64,000 nt of DNA from Armatimonadota bacterium. GTDB taxonomy: Bacteria; Armatimonadota; SYMT01. The notes below the pieces were generated by a model, which was given only the letters and a program-made list of their open reading frames with translations, had not been told where the DNA came from and ran no database searches. Numbering within the stretch: position 1 is the first letter of the stretch; each line of letters opens with the position of its first letter. Both the position numbers and the translations under genes were made by a program. This document shows positions 50,727 to 60,384 of this stretch, one piece after another. The DNA lies in the NCBI GenBank assembly GCA_041690135.1, contig JAWLHY010000001.1:1440001-1504000 (forward strand), given 5' to 3'.

Positions 50727-53284
50727 AACTCACCATTCCGGAACTCTCTCTGGTGGTGCTGATAGGCGCCTCCGGCTCGGGGAAGTCCACTTTCGCGCGG
50801 CGCCACTTCCTGGGTACGGAGGTGCTCTCCTCTGACTTTTTCCGGGGCCTCGTGGCGGACGACGAAAATGATCAGTCCGCCAGTCGGGACGCCTTCGATA
50901 CACTCCATTTCGTGGCATCGAAGCGCCTGGCCGCCGGACGGCTGACGGTGATCGATGCGACCAACGTTCAGGAAGAAGCCCGCAAGCCTCTGATTGAACT
51001 GGCCCGTCGCTACCACGCGCTGCCGGTGGCAATCGTCCTCAATCACTCGGAGAAGGTCTGCTTCGAACGCAACCAGGAGCGATCCGATCGGAACCTGGGG
51101 CGGCAAGTGATTGCGCGCCAGGTCCAGGACCTGCGCCGCTCGCTTCGCCGGTTGGAACGAGAAGGTTTCCGCCACGTCCACGTGTTGACCTCTCCGGAAG
51201 AGGTAGAGGCTGCTACGATCGAGCGCCAACCCCTCTGGAACAACCGGAGGGAGGAACGGGGACCGTTCGACATCATCGGCGACGTCCACGGCTGCCTGGA
51301 AGAATTGCAGGAGCTGCTTGCACGCCTGGGTTACACCGCACCCCCGGAGTATGGCGCGGCCGGCGGAACGGCCTATCGACATCCGGAAGGGCGGCGTGCG
51401 GTGTTCGTCGGGGATCTGGTGGACCGCGGTCCCGACTCGCCCGGCGTTCTGCGCCTCGTGATGACGATGGTCGAGGAGGGGACGGCGTTCTGCGTGCCGG
51501 GCAACCACGACGAGCGTCTCCTGCGAAAACTGCGCGGCCGGAACGTCAATCCCACGCACGGCCTGGATCTCACACTCGCCCAGTTAGAGCGTGAACCGGC
51601 AGAGTTTCTTGCCGACCTCCGTCGCTTCCTCGATGGCCTCGTCAGCCACTACGTCTTCGACGAGGGCCGGCTGGTGGTGGCGCATGCAGGCATGAAGCAG
51701 GAGATGCAGGGCCGCGGCTCCAGCGCTGTCCGCCAGTTCGCGCTGTACGGCGAGACGACCGGCGAAACGGACGAGTACGGTTTGTCCGTCCGCCACAACT
51801 GGGCGGCGGAGTACCGGGGTGCCGCCACCGTCGTCTACGGCCACACGCCGGTCGTGGAGCCCGAGTGGTTGAATCGGACCGTCAACATCGATACCGGTTG
51901 CGTCTTCGGTGGTCGCCTCACGGCCCTCCGCTATCCGGAAAATGAGCTGCTGTCCGTGCCCGCGGGCCAGGTGTATGCCGAGCCGATCCGGCCTCTTGCG
52001 CCGGCTGTCGCTCCGGCCCGTTCGGCCCAGCAGGAGCACGACGAATTGCTCGATCTCGAGGACGTGGTCGGCAAGCGCCGGGTGGAAACCCGCCTCCACG
52101 GCGCGGTCACCATTCGCGAGGAGAACGCCATCGCCGCCCTAGAGGTGATGGTCCGGTTTGCCGCCGATCCCCGTTGGTTGGTCTACCTGCCGCCCACGAT
52201 GTCCCCTTCCGAGACATCGCAACGCGAAGGTCTCCTGGAGCACCCCGAAGAGGCATTCGCTTACTACCAGCGGGCCGGCGTCTCCACTGTCATCTGTGAG
52301 CAGAAGCACATGGGATCGCGCGCGGTGGTGGTCATCTGCCGCGATGAAGAGGCGGCCCGGCGCCGCTTCGGGGTGACGGGAGACGGCTCCGGGATCATCT
52401 ATACCCGCACCGGCCGGCGGTTCTTCGACGACCGCGAAATGGAGAGCGGTATGCTCGAACGCATTCGGGTTGCCCTCACCACAAGCGGCCTTTGGGAAGA
52501 GTTGCAGACCGACTGGCTCTGCCTGGATTGTGAGCTCATGCCATGGTCCGCCAAGGCCCAGTCGCTATTACTCCAGCAATACGCACCAACGGGTACCGCA
52601 GCCTTGGCTTCCCTGGATGCCGCCACCCAGGCCATGGAGTCCGCCAGCGCCCGTGGCCTGGAAGTCGGAGCGCATCTGGAGGAGATACGAAGGCGACGTG
52701 ACCTGGCGGATCGCTATGTGCGCGCCTATCGCGGCTACTGCTGGCCGGTCCACTCCCTTGAGGACTTGAAGCTCGCCCCCTTCCACCTCCTCGCCACCGA
52801 AGGCCGGGTGCACGCGGACCGCGACCACTCCTGGCATATGGAGATCCTGGCACGCCTGTGCGCCGCCGACCCAGGCGTGCTGCTGGCTACACCCTATCGC
52901 GTGGTGCCCCTGGAGGACGAGACGGCCGTTGCCGAGACCACCGCCTGGTGGGAGGCGCTCACCGGTAGCGGTGGGGAAGGGATGGTCGTGAAGCCCCAGC
53001 AGTTCATCGCCCGCGGGAGCCGCGGCCTGATCCAGCCCGCCGTCAAGTGCCGGGGTCCCGAATACCTGCGCATCATCTACGGGCCCGAGTACACCCGTCC
53101 CGAGCACCTGGAGCGCCTCCGGATGCGCGGCCTCGGCGCCAAGCGCTCCCTGGCACTGCGCGAGTTTGCCCTCGGCCTGGAGGGACTGGAACGGTTCGTG
53201 GCCCGCGACCCTCTGCGCCGGGTCCACGAGTGCGTCTTCGGCGTCCTCGCGCTGGAAAGTGAGCCGGTCGATCCCCGGCTCTAA
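50723..53284 (+). CDS. pnkp: Polynucleotide kinase-phosphatase-ligase Pnkp
   Basis: P-loop GASGSGKST and DATN; metallophosphoesterase DVHG/GDLVDRG/GNHD/GHT; ligase EQKHMGSR and EGMVVKP; ends EPVDPRL; ATGA overlap with hen1. Confidence 0.96.
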   Translation: MKLTIPELSLVVLIGASGSGKSTFARRHFLGTEVLSSDFFRGLVADDENDQSASRDAFDTLHFVASKRLAAGRLTVIDATNVQEEARKPLIELARRYHALPVAIVLNHSEKVCFERNQERSDRNLGRQVIARQVQDLRRSLRRLEREGFRHVHVLTSPEEVEAATIERQPLWNNRREERGPFDIIGDVHGCLEELQELLARLGYTAPPEYGAAGGTAYRHPEGRRAVFVGDLVDRGPDSPGVLRLVMTMVEEGTAFCVPGNHDERLLRKLRGRNVNPTHGLDLTLAQLEREPAEFLADLRRFLDGLVSHYVFDEGRLVVAHAGMKQEMQGRGSSAVRQFALYGETTGETDEYGLSVRHNWAAEYRGAATVVYGHTPVVEPEWLNRTVNIDTGCVFGGRLTALRYPENELLSVPAGQVYAEPIRPLAPAVAPARSAQQEHDELLDLEDVVGKRRVETRLHGAVTIREENAIAALEVMVRFAADPRWLVYLPPTMSPSETSQREGLLEHPEEAFAYYQRAGVSTVICEQKHMGSRAVVVICRDEEAARRRFGVTGDGSGIIYTRTGRRFFDDREMESGMLERIRVALTTSGLWEELQTDWLCLDCELMPWSAKAQSLLLQQYAPTGTAALASLDAATQAMESASARGLEVGAHLEEIRRRRDLADRYVRAYRGYCWPVHSLEDLKLAPFHLLATEGRVHADRDHSWHMEILARLCAADPGVLLATPYRVVPLEDETAVAETTAWWEALTGSGGEGMVVKPQQFIARGSRGLIQPAVKCRGPEYLRIIYGPEYTRPEHLERLRMRGLGAKRSLALREFALGLEGLERFVARDPLRRVHECVFGVLALESEPVDPRL

Positions 53285-53420
53285 ATACGCCTGCGTACAA
53301 TGCGTGATTGGGTGGAACACAGGCAGGCACCCTGGCGTCACACAGTATGGAAGATAGATCTCTTTAGAGCCGCGCCGCTATCCGGCGGATGACTCCGTGA
53401 CCGCCAGGATGGAGTTGCTG

Positions 53421-56273
53421 ATGCCTTCCCGTCGTTTGGCCTCCTATGTCTGGTTGGCTGTGTTAGCGTGGGGATGCGCCTCCACGGCCGCACATGGTGA
53501 CGACTGGTTGCAGTTCCGGAAGAATCCTGGTCGGACGGGCGCCTCCCAGGACGTTACCGAGTTCCCCCTCACCGACGTCTGGATCTGGAACACTCGCGGG
53601 GTCAAGGATAGCACACCCACCTACGAGGCCGTCGTGCAGGGCGAGCGGATCTGGTTCCTCGCACGCGAGGGAAAGTATCGTAATCTGGTTTGCGCCAACT
53701 CGAAGACCGGTACTCCCCTCTGGCGGTTTCAACTTGAGGCTCCCGAACTCCTGGTTCGGGGCGTCCCCGCTGTCAGTGGAAACGGGATCGTCTACGTTTA
53801 CGACGCGGTACCGGGCCTACTACCGGATACGAGTTACAACCGCTTGGAGCGATCCGGCGGAAATCTGCACCTGATCACGCGCGACCTCTCGAAGATCGGC
53901 GGGTTTGTGATCCGCGCGATTCAGGCCCAGACGGGGCGCCAGTTGGATGTATTGCCGCTGGAGTCCCTCCAGATGATGGGAGACGTGCCCCAGGTCGTGC
54001 TTCTGGATGGTCTGAACAATTTGAAGCACGCGCTCCTCCGTCCCTCTAACCGGCCCACCCTCGATGTCGGGTCGTTGGGTCCTCCCCTCTTGATGCGCGA
54101 TGAGCTGATCGCCTGCACGCAGATGGATCTCTTCCTCCGCTGGGCTCCACGGCGTCTCCTCACTGCCACCAGCATCAAACACCATTTCAATGAGTTCCCC
54201 AACGAGTTTTGGGGCTTCCCGCCCGTAGCGACCACCGGCGGTATCCTGGTTGCCGATGACCAGACGCCGACCCGTTTTGCGCTGGCAATTGGAGGCGACA
54301 ACTTCCACAGCTGGCATCTCGACCTGCAATACCCCATGGGCGTTCCCGCCGCAGAATCCGATCTGGTTTGCTTCGGCCTGGGTGGGCTGAGCGCCAGGGA
54401 CGGCGTAATGTGCCTGAACGCCGCGTCCGGCGAAGTCCAGTGGGTCTATGCCCCGACTGGGCTCGATGGTCCCGGTGCCCGACCCGGGCGCCAGAAAGTG
54501 TCTAAGTATTTTTCCGTTCCTCTTCCACGGCAACGAGGTGCACGAACTCGCAGGCGACCCCCTCCACCGCGAGGTGGCGGCTCGGAACCCGGCACGCGAC
54601 CCTTTGATGAGAACAGTTTCACCATAATCCGGAAGGCTGGCTGGCACTACGCAAACCGCTCTGACCCCTCCCTGCCGCCGGGCCACGAAAGCAACGGCGG
54701 TATCGTGATCACCGAGAAGGGCGTGTATGCGCAGGCCTGCGGTGCGATTGTAGCACTCGATCGGAGTAAGGGCTTGCTCTTGTGGCGACAACCCATCCCG
54801 CCAGCGGCGTTCGTCCAGTCGCTGGTTGCCAGCAGCAAGCACCTGATCGCGTGCTACACGATACCCACCGGCGGTATCCGCGGTCGCGCCGCACCTCGCG
54901 GCCGCGAGGATCAGCGTGAGGGCCGAACCCGTACGTGGGAGCACATTCCTACATGGGACTCCGCCGTCCGCAAGACGGCGGGCCGCCACTTCGTGGTGGC
55001 TTATCGCCTGGACAACGGACAGCAGGTCTGGAAGGATGAACTCCTGCAGCCGGGTACCTTCTCGCTTGCAGAGGGGTTGGTCTATTTCGCCAATGGGGAC
55101 CTCACCGCCTACGGTCCGGCGGAGCGGACGTACCTCGTGGCGGCGGATAGCGACGATCCCAAGCACTATGTTCGCCCTGCCCAACCCCGCGACCGGGATG
55201 CGGAAGCCAGGCAGGCGACTGCAATGGAAGCGGTCGCTATGGAAGCGGAGAAGAGCCCAACTCCCGCTGGCGGCGAGCCCGCACCCGGAGCAGGAGAAGA
55301 AGCAGCAAGACAGCCATCGGTGGCGCTCCCCGAAGTGCGTGCCGACAGTTCCCTGCTTCGCCTCACCTACGGAGCGCCCGGGGATACCCTGGTCCAACAA
55401 GTGCGGGACCGGGTGAAGCTTCTAAAAGACAAGGGTGTGTCTCTCTCTCTCGAACTGGATTGGCTCGACGAGAAGCGCACCCGCGTTATGGGCGCCGCGG
55501 GTATACACTGGACCGATGCCGCCGCTTCCGATTTCGTGGCGCTCTGCCAGCGCCTGGCCGAAGAGGCCGGTCCCCTCTTCTTCGATATCGCGCCGGAAGT
55601 GAACGTGTATCTACGGCGATATCCGGAACAACTAAGGACCGTGCTCGGCGTTCTTCAAGATGCCCGGTTGGCTATCCGCCAGGCGGCCCCGCGCTGTAGG
55701 GTGATCGTGTCTCTGAATGTCGAAGTCCTTATGGATGCCTACGGCAAAGGACTGGTCTGGCCGTTTGGCGAGCTTCCGAAAGCCGCTCCGCAACCTCGGG
55801 AGGCGGTGAAGGCTATGCTGCTTGAGTTTGCCCAGGTGGTGGAACTGGTGGATGCCGTGGGGCTCACCCTGCGACCCCAGGCTGGCTTCCGAAACACAGG
55901 CGTGCTTCCCCCCGATTATCTCTTGCGTCTGCGCACCTACATCCCGCGCAAGCCGCTGCTGGTGACGCGGATCATCGTGGAGGCGGATGCACCCGGTCGC
56001 ATCGCCCGCGCCGAACAGGCCGACTATGCCCGTCGCATGCTGCAATGCTGTTATTGGCTCAATGCCCAACTGGTGGTGCAACCGAAGCTGATCGGTTACC
56101 CCGAAACTGCGGTGGGCGAGAACGGTGGACGCACCGATCCCATCCGGCTGATAGCGGAGAAGTGGCAGCGGGTGGTCTCCTGGGAACTGGTCACCAAGCT
56201 CACTGCAAAGCCGCCCCTGGCAAGCGGTTTAACAGCAGCCACTTCGGAAGGGGTGGAACCATCAGTTCCCTAA
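53421..56273 (+). CDS. Secreted PQQ-like beta-propeller protein with C-terminal glycoside hydrolase-like barrel
   Basis: Signal peptide; DWLQFR..RTG; repeats KTGTPLW, ASGEVQW, SKGLLLW and DNGQQVW; C-terminal PEVN..DAVG..KPLLV. Start is 53421, 53409 or 53397. Confidence 0.75.
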   Translation: MPSRRLASYVWLAVLAWGCASTAAHGDDWLQFRKNPGRTGASQDVTEFPLTDVWIWNTRGVKDSTPTYEAVVQGERIWFLAREGKYRNLVCANSKTGTPLWRFQLEAPELLVRGVPAVSGNGIVYVYDAVPGLLPDTSYNRLERSGGNLHLITRDLSKIGGFVIRAIQAQTGRQLDVLPLESLQMMGDVPQVVLLDGLNNLKHALLRPSNRPTLDVGSLGPPLLMRDELIACTQMDLFLRWAPRRLLTATSIKHHFNEFPNEFWGFPPVATTGGILVADDQTPTRFALAIGGDNFHSWHLDLQYPMGVPAAESDLVCFGLGGLSARDGVMCLNAASGEVQWVYAPTGLDGPGARPGRQKVSKYFSVPLPRQRGARTRRRPPPPRGGGSEPGTRPFDENSFTIIRKAGWHYANRSDPSLPPGHESNGGIVITEKGVYAQACGAIVALDRSKGLLLWRQPIPPAAFVQSLVASSKHLIACYTIPTGGIRGRAAPRGREDQREGRTRTWEHIPTWDSAVRKTAGRHFVVAYRLDNGQQVWKDELLQPGTFSLAEGLVYFANGDLTAYGPAERTYLVAADSDDPKHYVRPAQPRDRDAEARQATAMEAVAMEAEKSPTPAGGEPAPGAGEEAARQPSVALPEVRADSSLLRLTYGAPGDTLVQQVRDRVKLLKDKGVSLSLELDWLDEKRTRVMGAAGIHWTDAAASDFVALCQRLAEEAGPLFFDIAPEVNVYLRRYPEQLRTVLGVLQDARLAIRQAAPRCRVIVSLNVEVLMDAYGKGLVWPFGELPKAAPQPREAVKAMLLEFAQVVELVDAVGLTLRPQAGFRNTGVLPPDYLLRLRTYIPRKPLLVTRIIVEADAPGRIARAEQADYARRMLQCCYWLNAQLVVQPKLIGYPETAVGENGGRTDPIRLIAEKWQRVVSWELVTKLTAKPPLASGLTAATSEGVEPSVP

Positions 56274-56301
56274 CGGGAAACGCGGAGTAAGACGGCCTTG
56301 C

Positions 56302-57456
56302 TCAGGAACTGGAGAATAGGGTGAGCAGGGCCTCCGCCAGGGCAACGCCGAATTCCCGATGATCGGCCTCGGTGAGATAGCGGCCACTTTGGGACAGGTG
56401 ATAGCTCATTTCCACCGTATACGCCGGGCAGCCGAAAGCCCGGGCGAGAAACCCACGCGCCGAATTCGGTGGGGCCGGTGAGATCCGCAGGTCCGTTTCG
56501 CGAAAACCGACCTGTGCGGGACCGTATTTCGCAATGAGGGAGAGGAGCCGGCGTTCCAGGTTACGGTTCGGGCTTCCCGGTATGTCGCTATCGTCCACGT
56601 TCCTTCGCTCGCCGAAGAGGTAGCAATCGGTATCCCCGTGATGGGAGGCGTGGATGTCGAGCACCAGTTGAATGGGATGCTGGACGTGAATCTCCCGCAT
56701 CGCCTGCAGTATCGCACCCGTCTCGGGGAGGGTAGGCTGGGCTCGCCAGTCCCGGTTGAAGTCGACGGGCAGTTGGTCCTTACCATACCGTCCGTGAAAA
56801 ACGCCGTCCAGGTCGATTAACGGCACCACCTGGAAGAGCACTTGCTGGGCCGCGTCGCCTGAGGCCTCGGCGAGCCTCCGGAGCACACCTTCCATTGCGT
56901 GGGACGCCGGGCTCTCGCCGGCATGCTGGCGGGCTAGAATCCAGACCGAAGCCCGAGCCCGGCGAAGATCGCCAATGGTGAGAAGCGAAAGGGGACGGCC
57001 TTCACCACTGGCAGCCAGTAACGTGTGCCTCACTCCCGGCCGGGACGTGACTTGCCGCAGCAGTGATTGCAGGTCAGCGGTGGTGTAGGGATGGGCGTAG
57101 GCTACAAAGGTCGTAGGGCCTGCCACGGGCACGGTGAAACCAAAGACGCCGGGGGTGTTAGCACCTGGGGTGTAGTACACCTTCTCCAGTCTCCGCCAAC
57201 GGTACCCGTCCGGGCTGAAAACCGGGCGGGCTAACGACCAGGCGCTGCGCGGGCCGAAGCAGTTGTCCGCATTCAGCAACTCGCAGCGCACCGACGGCAC
57301 GCGCGCGCCTGCGATGCAAAAATAGAACCACAGGGGCCGGGGGCTGGTGTCCGCGCGGGCGGTGAAGCGGATGTGGGCGGGGCTCACGATCTCGATGGAA
57401 CCGAGATTGCCCCCTTCGAACTCTGCGTGCACGCGCATCGCAGTGGTATTGCCCAT
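56302..57456 (-). CDS. M14-family zinc carboxypeptidase (cytosolic type)
   Basis: FEGGN, WFYF, ARQHAGE (HxxE), DFNRDW, LDIH and TVEM. Confidence 0.9.
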   Translation of the reverse strand: MGNTTAMRVHAEFEGGNLGSIEIVSPAHIRFTARADTSPRPLWFYFCIAGARVPSVRCELLNADNCFGPRSAWSLARPVFSPDGYRWRRLEKVYYTPGANTPGVFGFTVPVAGPTTFVAYAHPYTTADLQSLLRQVTSRPGVRHTLLAASGEGRPLSLLTIGDLRRARASVWILARQHAGESPASHAMEGVLRRLAEASGDAAQQVLFQVVPLIDLDGVFHGRYGKDQLPVDFNRDWRAQPTLPETGAILQAMREIHVQHPIQLVLDIHASHHGDTDCYLFGERRNVDDSDIPGSPNRNLERRLLSLIAKYGPAQVGFRETDLRISPAPPNSARGFLARAFGCPAYTVEMSYHLSQSGRYLTEADHREFGVALAEALLTLFSSS

Positions 57457-57489
57457 ACGCCTCCGCTTCCAATCTCCAGGGTTGCCCGG

Positions 57490-58560
57490 TCAGAGCGTGT
57501 AAGTCGTCCAATCACCTCGGCACGGATTTCCCCGGGCCACGTGGAAACGTCCCGCCTGTGGCTCGGCGATCAACCCGGCAACGGTCGCCATCCGCCGGAC
57601 GTCCGTCTCCTCATGCCGGCAGATGCCACAGGGATGACCTTCGTGATCGGCGAGGATCTCTCTTACTGCTTCTACAGTGAGCTCTCCGACCCGTTCCTGC
57701 AGCAATCGCGTCATTTGCTCCTGGCGAATGAACGAGTCCGGGAGCGATGCGGCATCCGTCTCCGCAGTGCGGAAGCGGGAGGAGAGGAAGTGGTTGGCGT
57801 GGGCCAGCACTCCGTCCACCGGTTCGAGCACGGTAAAGCCCGCGGGTGTCGCCTCCAGGTCGAAAATCGCCGGTTCACCGGTCGCCACCATGTAGTTCCC
57901 ACTGGAGACTACCGGCAGGGCGGCCCACACGGCTTCGAACTCCTGGCGAGTGCGGGATTCATACAGCCGCCGCTTGATCGGATAGTGCGGGAGACCATAG
58001 GGCGGGAAGTTGATGCCCCTAGCGGGGCGCGCCGCCGGAGCCGGCCCACCCCACACGGAATTCGCGAAGTGAGCCACCCCATACTCGTTCAGGCCATGGT
58101 ACCCAAGCTGTCCGGCGAAGGTCCACATCAGGGTCCGCGGCCCGCTATCCGGGTGCAAATGCAGCACCACGAAGAAAGGTTCCAACTCCGGCTCCATGTC
58201 GGAGGTCTGGCCGATCAGGAGTGCACCGGTCGCCGACGCGGTGGGGGCAATTGCGAAGGTCGTACAGGCCCTTTCCGCGAGCAGGGGGGAAGCTTCTCCG
58301 CGTATCTGTAGGAGCAACGCCTCTTCGAACGGGATTTCCGCTCCATCGGCGACTCCGCAAATCTCCTCCACCAGTAACGGACAGTACCGCTCGAACAGAG
58401 GTCGGAAACGGCCGGCTGCGGTGAGAACCTCTACTCGCGACCGCCCGGAACAGTTTACCAGGTGCTGAACGAAACCATGGATCTGGGTGGCGGCCTGACG
58501 ACCATGCTCCCGGCCCATCCGGTAGGGAGTGCCGGAGACCTCGATGTAAGGGAAAGGCAT
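57490..58560 (-). CDS. C45-family Ntn peptidase / acyltransferase
   Basis: G.PYRMG.EHG, catalytic ACTTF, GQTSD, GLNEYG and HANH. Confidence 0.9.
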   Translation of the reverse strand: MPFPYIEVSGTPYRMGREHGRQAATQIHGFVQHLVNCSGRSRVEVLTAAGRFRPLFERYCPLLVEEICGVADGAEIPFEEALLLQIRGEASPLLAERACTTFAIAPTASATGALLIGQTSDMEPELEPFFVVLHLHPDSGPRTLMWTFAGQLGYHGLNEYGVAHFANSVWGGPAPAARPARGINFPPYGLPHYPIKRRLYESRTRQEFEAVWAALPVVSSGNYMVATGEPAIFDLEATPAGFTVLEPVDGVLAHANHFLSSRFRTAETDAASLPDSFIRQEQMTRLLQERVGELTVEAVREILADHEGHPCGICRHEETDVRRMATVAGLIAEPQAGRFHVARGNPCRGDWTTYTL

Positions 58561-58563
58561 GGC

Positions 58564-59238
58564 TCAACTCTCCGAGGTCGCGGCGCTCCCGAGCAGGCGA
58601 AGCTCTTCCGAAATGATTCGCTCTACCAGCGCGCGCGCTTCCGCCGCCCCTCCTTCCCGGAGGAGCAGCAGCACCTCACTGTAGACGATGCGCTCGAAGA
58701 TGCGCTGACGGTCCGGCTGGCTCAAGCCTTCCAGCGCGCGGACCCGAGGCCGTAGCTCCGCGAGCAGGTTCGCGAACTCTTCATACTCCGGTCCCAGCCA
58801 TGCCTGGAGCTCTCGTCGTACGCGCCGGGAAAGGGCGGGCGAGGTGCCGTGGGTGAAGATAGATACCGTGAGCGGACCGCGTTCGATGCGAGAGGCGAAG
58901 ATGTAGTTGCAGTTCGGCGGGTCGTCGCAGACGTTTACCAGTTGTCCGGCGGCGTCCGCTTCCAGGAACGCCGCCCGGTTCGCGATGGGATCATCCGTGG
59001 CCACGGCGACCAGAAAATATCCCTGGGTGTCTCCGGGCGCGAAGCATCGTTCCAACCAGCGGACCTGCCCGCTCTCAACCTGGGCCTGGATGGAGTCGCT
59101 GACTACGGGGCTGATCACCGTCACGTCCGCGCCGCTGGCGGAGAAGTCCTCGACCTTCTGAGTCCCCACCCCTCCCCCGCCGATCACCAGGACGCGCCGC
59201 CCTTCGAGGTTCAGGCAGATCGGGAGGTACTTCGGCAT
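58564..59238 (-). CDS. Precorrin-2 dehydrogenase / sirohydrochlorin ferrochelatase (CysG N-terminal / SirC-like)
   Basis: VLVIGGGGVG..K, ATDD, VNVCDDP..C and T.G.SPALSRRVR. Confidence 0.92.
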   Translation of the reverse strand: MPKYLPICLNLEGRRVLVIGGGGVGTQKVEDFSASGADVTVISPVVSDSIQAQVESGQVRWLERCFAPGDTQGYFLVAVATDDPIANRAAFLEADAAGQLVNVCDDPPNCNYIFASRIERGPLTVSIFTHGTSPALSRRVRRELQAWLGPEYEEFANLLAELRPRVRALEGLSQPDRQRIFERIVYSEVLLLLREGGAAEARALVERIISEELRLLGSAATSES

Positions 59239-59312
59239 GGCATCTTCCAACAAGTGCCTCTCGGACGGCGCGGTCGGCACCGTCCGAGAGGCAAACTGTG
59301 AGGCGGCGGCGA

Positions 59313-60092
59313 TCAGGTGGACGGGGCGAGGACGCTAGAGTCCCCTTTTTTTGCCCGTATCCGCTCGATGAAGCCGACGAGGCCGATACTGGCCAGGTAG
59401 AGCACGGCCAGAGGGGCGGCCATGATGCACATCGTCATCGGGTCGCCGCCGGGGGTTGCGATCGCGGCCACGCCAAAGCAGCCTACCACCGCGAGGCGCC
59501 AGTGCTGCTTCAACTGGTCGCTGGTAACCAACTCCACCCAGGCCAGGAACATCAGGATCACCGGCAACTGGAAACAAACCCCGAACGCGACCACCATTTT
59601 GACCATGAAGGTCAGGTACATCACCGGGTCCTGGAGCAGATCGACTTCCTTGGGAATGTACTGGGCGAAGTAGCCGACCGTAACGCTCATCAGCATATAG
59701 CCGCAGATGACACCCATGAAGAAGAAGAAGATGGATACCGGGAAGACGATGTAGCAGGCTTTGCGCTCATTTCGGGTGAGCCCCGGCGCCACGAAGCCCC
59801 ACACCTCCAAAGTGACCAGGGGCAGCGCCAGCACGAGGCCCGCAATCAGGGAGACCTGCAATCTCACCATGAAGCCCTGGGTAAACGTGCGGTAAACAAA
59901 CTTCCAGCCACGCTCCTCCATCATGGGCAGGATCGGCGCGAAGAAGAGCTTCTCCAACAGCGGCTCTACCTGCCAGGCGACCACCAAGCCCAGCATCACA
60001 TACAGGGCGGCGCGGATCAGCCGGCTCCGGAGCTCCTGCAGGTGCTCCCAGAGCTCCATCTCTTTAAAATCTTCTCTCTCGTCAGTTGACAT
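59313..60092 (-). CDS. tatC: Twin-arginine translocase subunit TatC
   Basis: MELWEHLQELRSRL, WGFVAPGL..NE, FQLP and TPGGDP; six TM segments. Confidence 0.96.
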   Translation of the reverse strand: MSTDEREDFKEMELWEHLQELRSRLIRAALYVMLGLVVAWQVEPLLEKLFFAPILPMMEERGWKFVYRTFTQGFMVRLQVSLIAGLVLALPLVTLEVWGFVAPGLTRNERKACYIVFPVSIFFFFMGVICGYMLMSVTVGYFAQYIPKEVDLLQDPVMYLTFMVKMVVAFGVCFQLPVILMFLAWVELVTSDQLKQHWRLAVVGCFGVAAIATPGGDPMTMCIMAAPLAVLYLASIGLVGFIERIRAKKGDSSVLAPST

Positions 60093-60306
60093 AAGGAGCG
60101 TTCCCAATCACGTGCGTTGACTTTCCAGAGATAGTAAGCGATACCGACCCCATCAATCGTTCCCCGATTTGTCGGCCCCGTCTGGAGCCAACGCGGTTAC
60201 TGACCTGGACAGCGGAATGCCGCACTGCCGAACCTGGTGAGCAAGCCCCCTGTGGGAGGCATGCGATGCCGAGGACTGCAAAGGCTGGCCGGGGCGCCTG
60301 ACACAC

Positions 60307-60354
60307 AAAAAGGCGGCGGCGGAGACGCGAAAAACACGGCTCCGGCCGCCACCC
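60307..60354 (-). terminator. Probable intrinsic terminator after the cytochrome c gene
   Basis: Minus strand GGCGGCCGGAG...CTCCGCCGCC followed by a TTTTT run. Confidence 0.55.
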
Positions 60355-60384
60355 GCTGCTTACAGCGGATTGCCTTCTTGAGTT

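Noticed and set aside
49272-53284. Hen1-Pnkp as the novel system
   Set aside because: It is a well-characterised RNA repair system with canonical architecture here.
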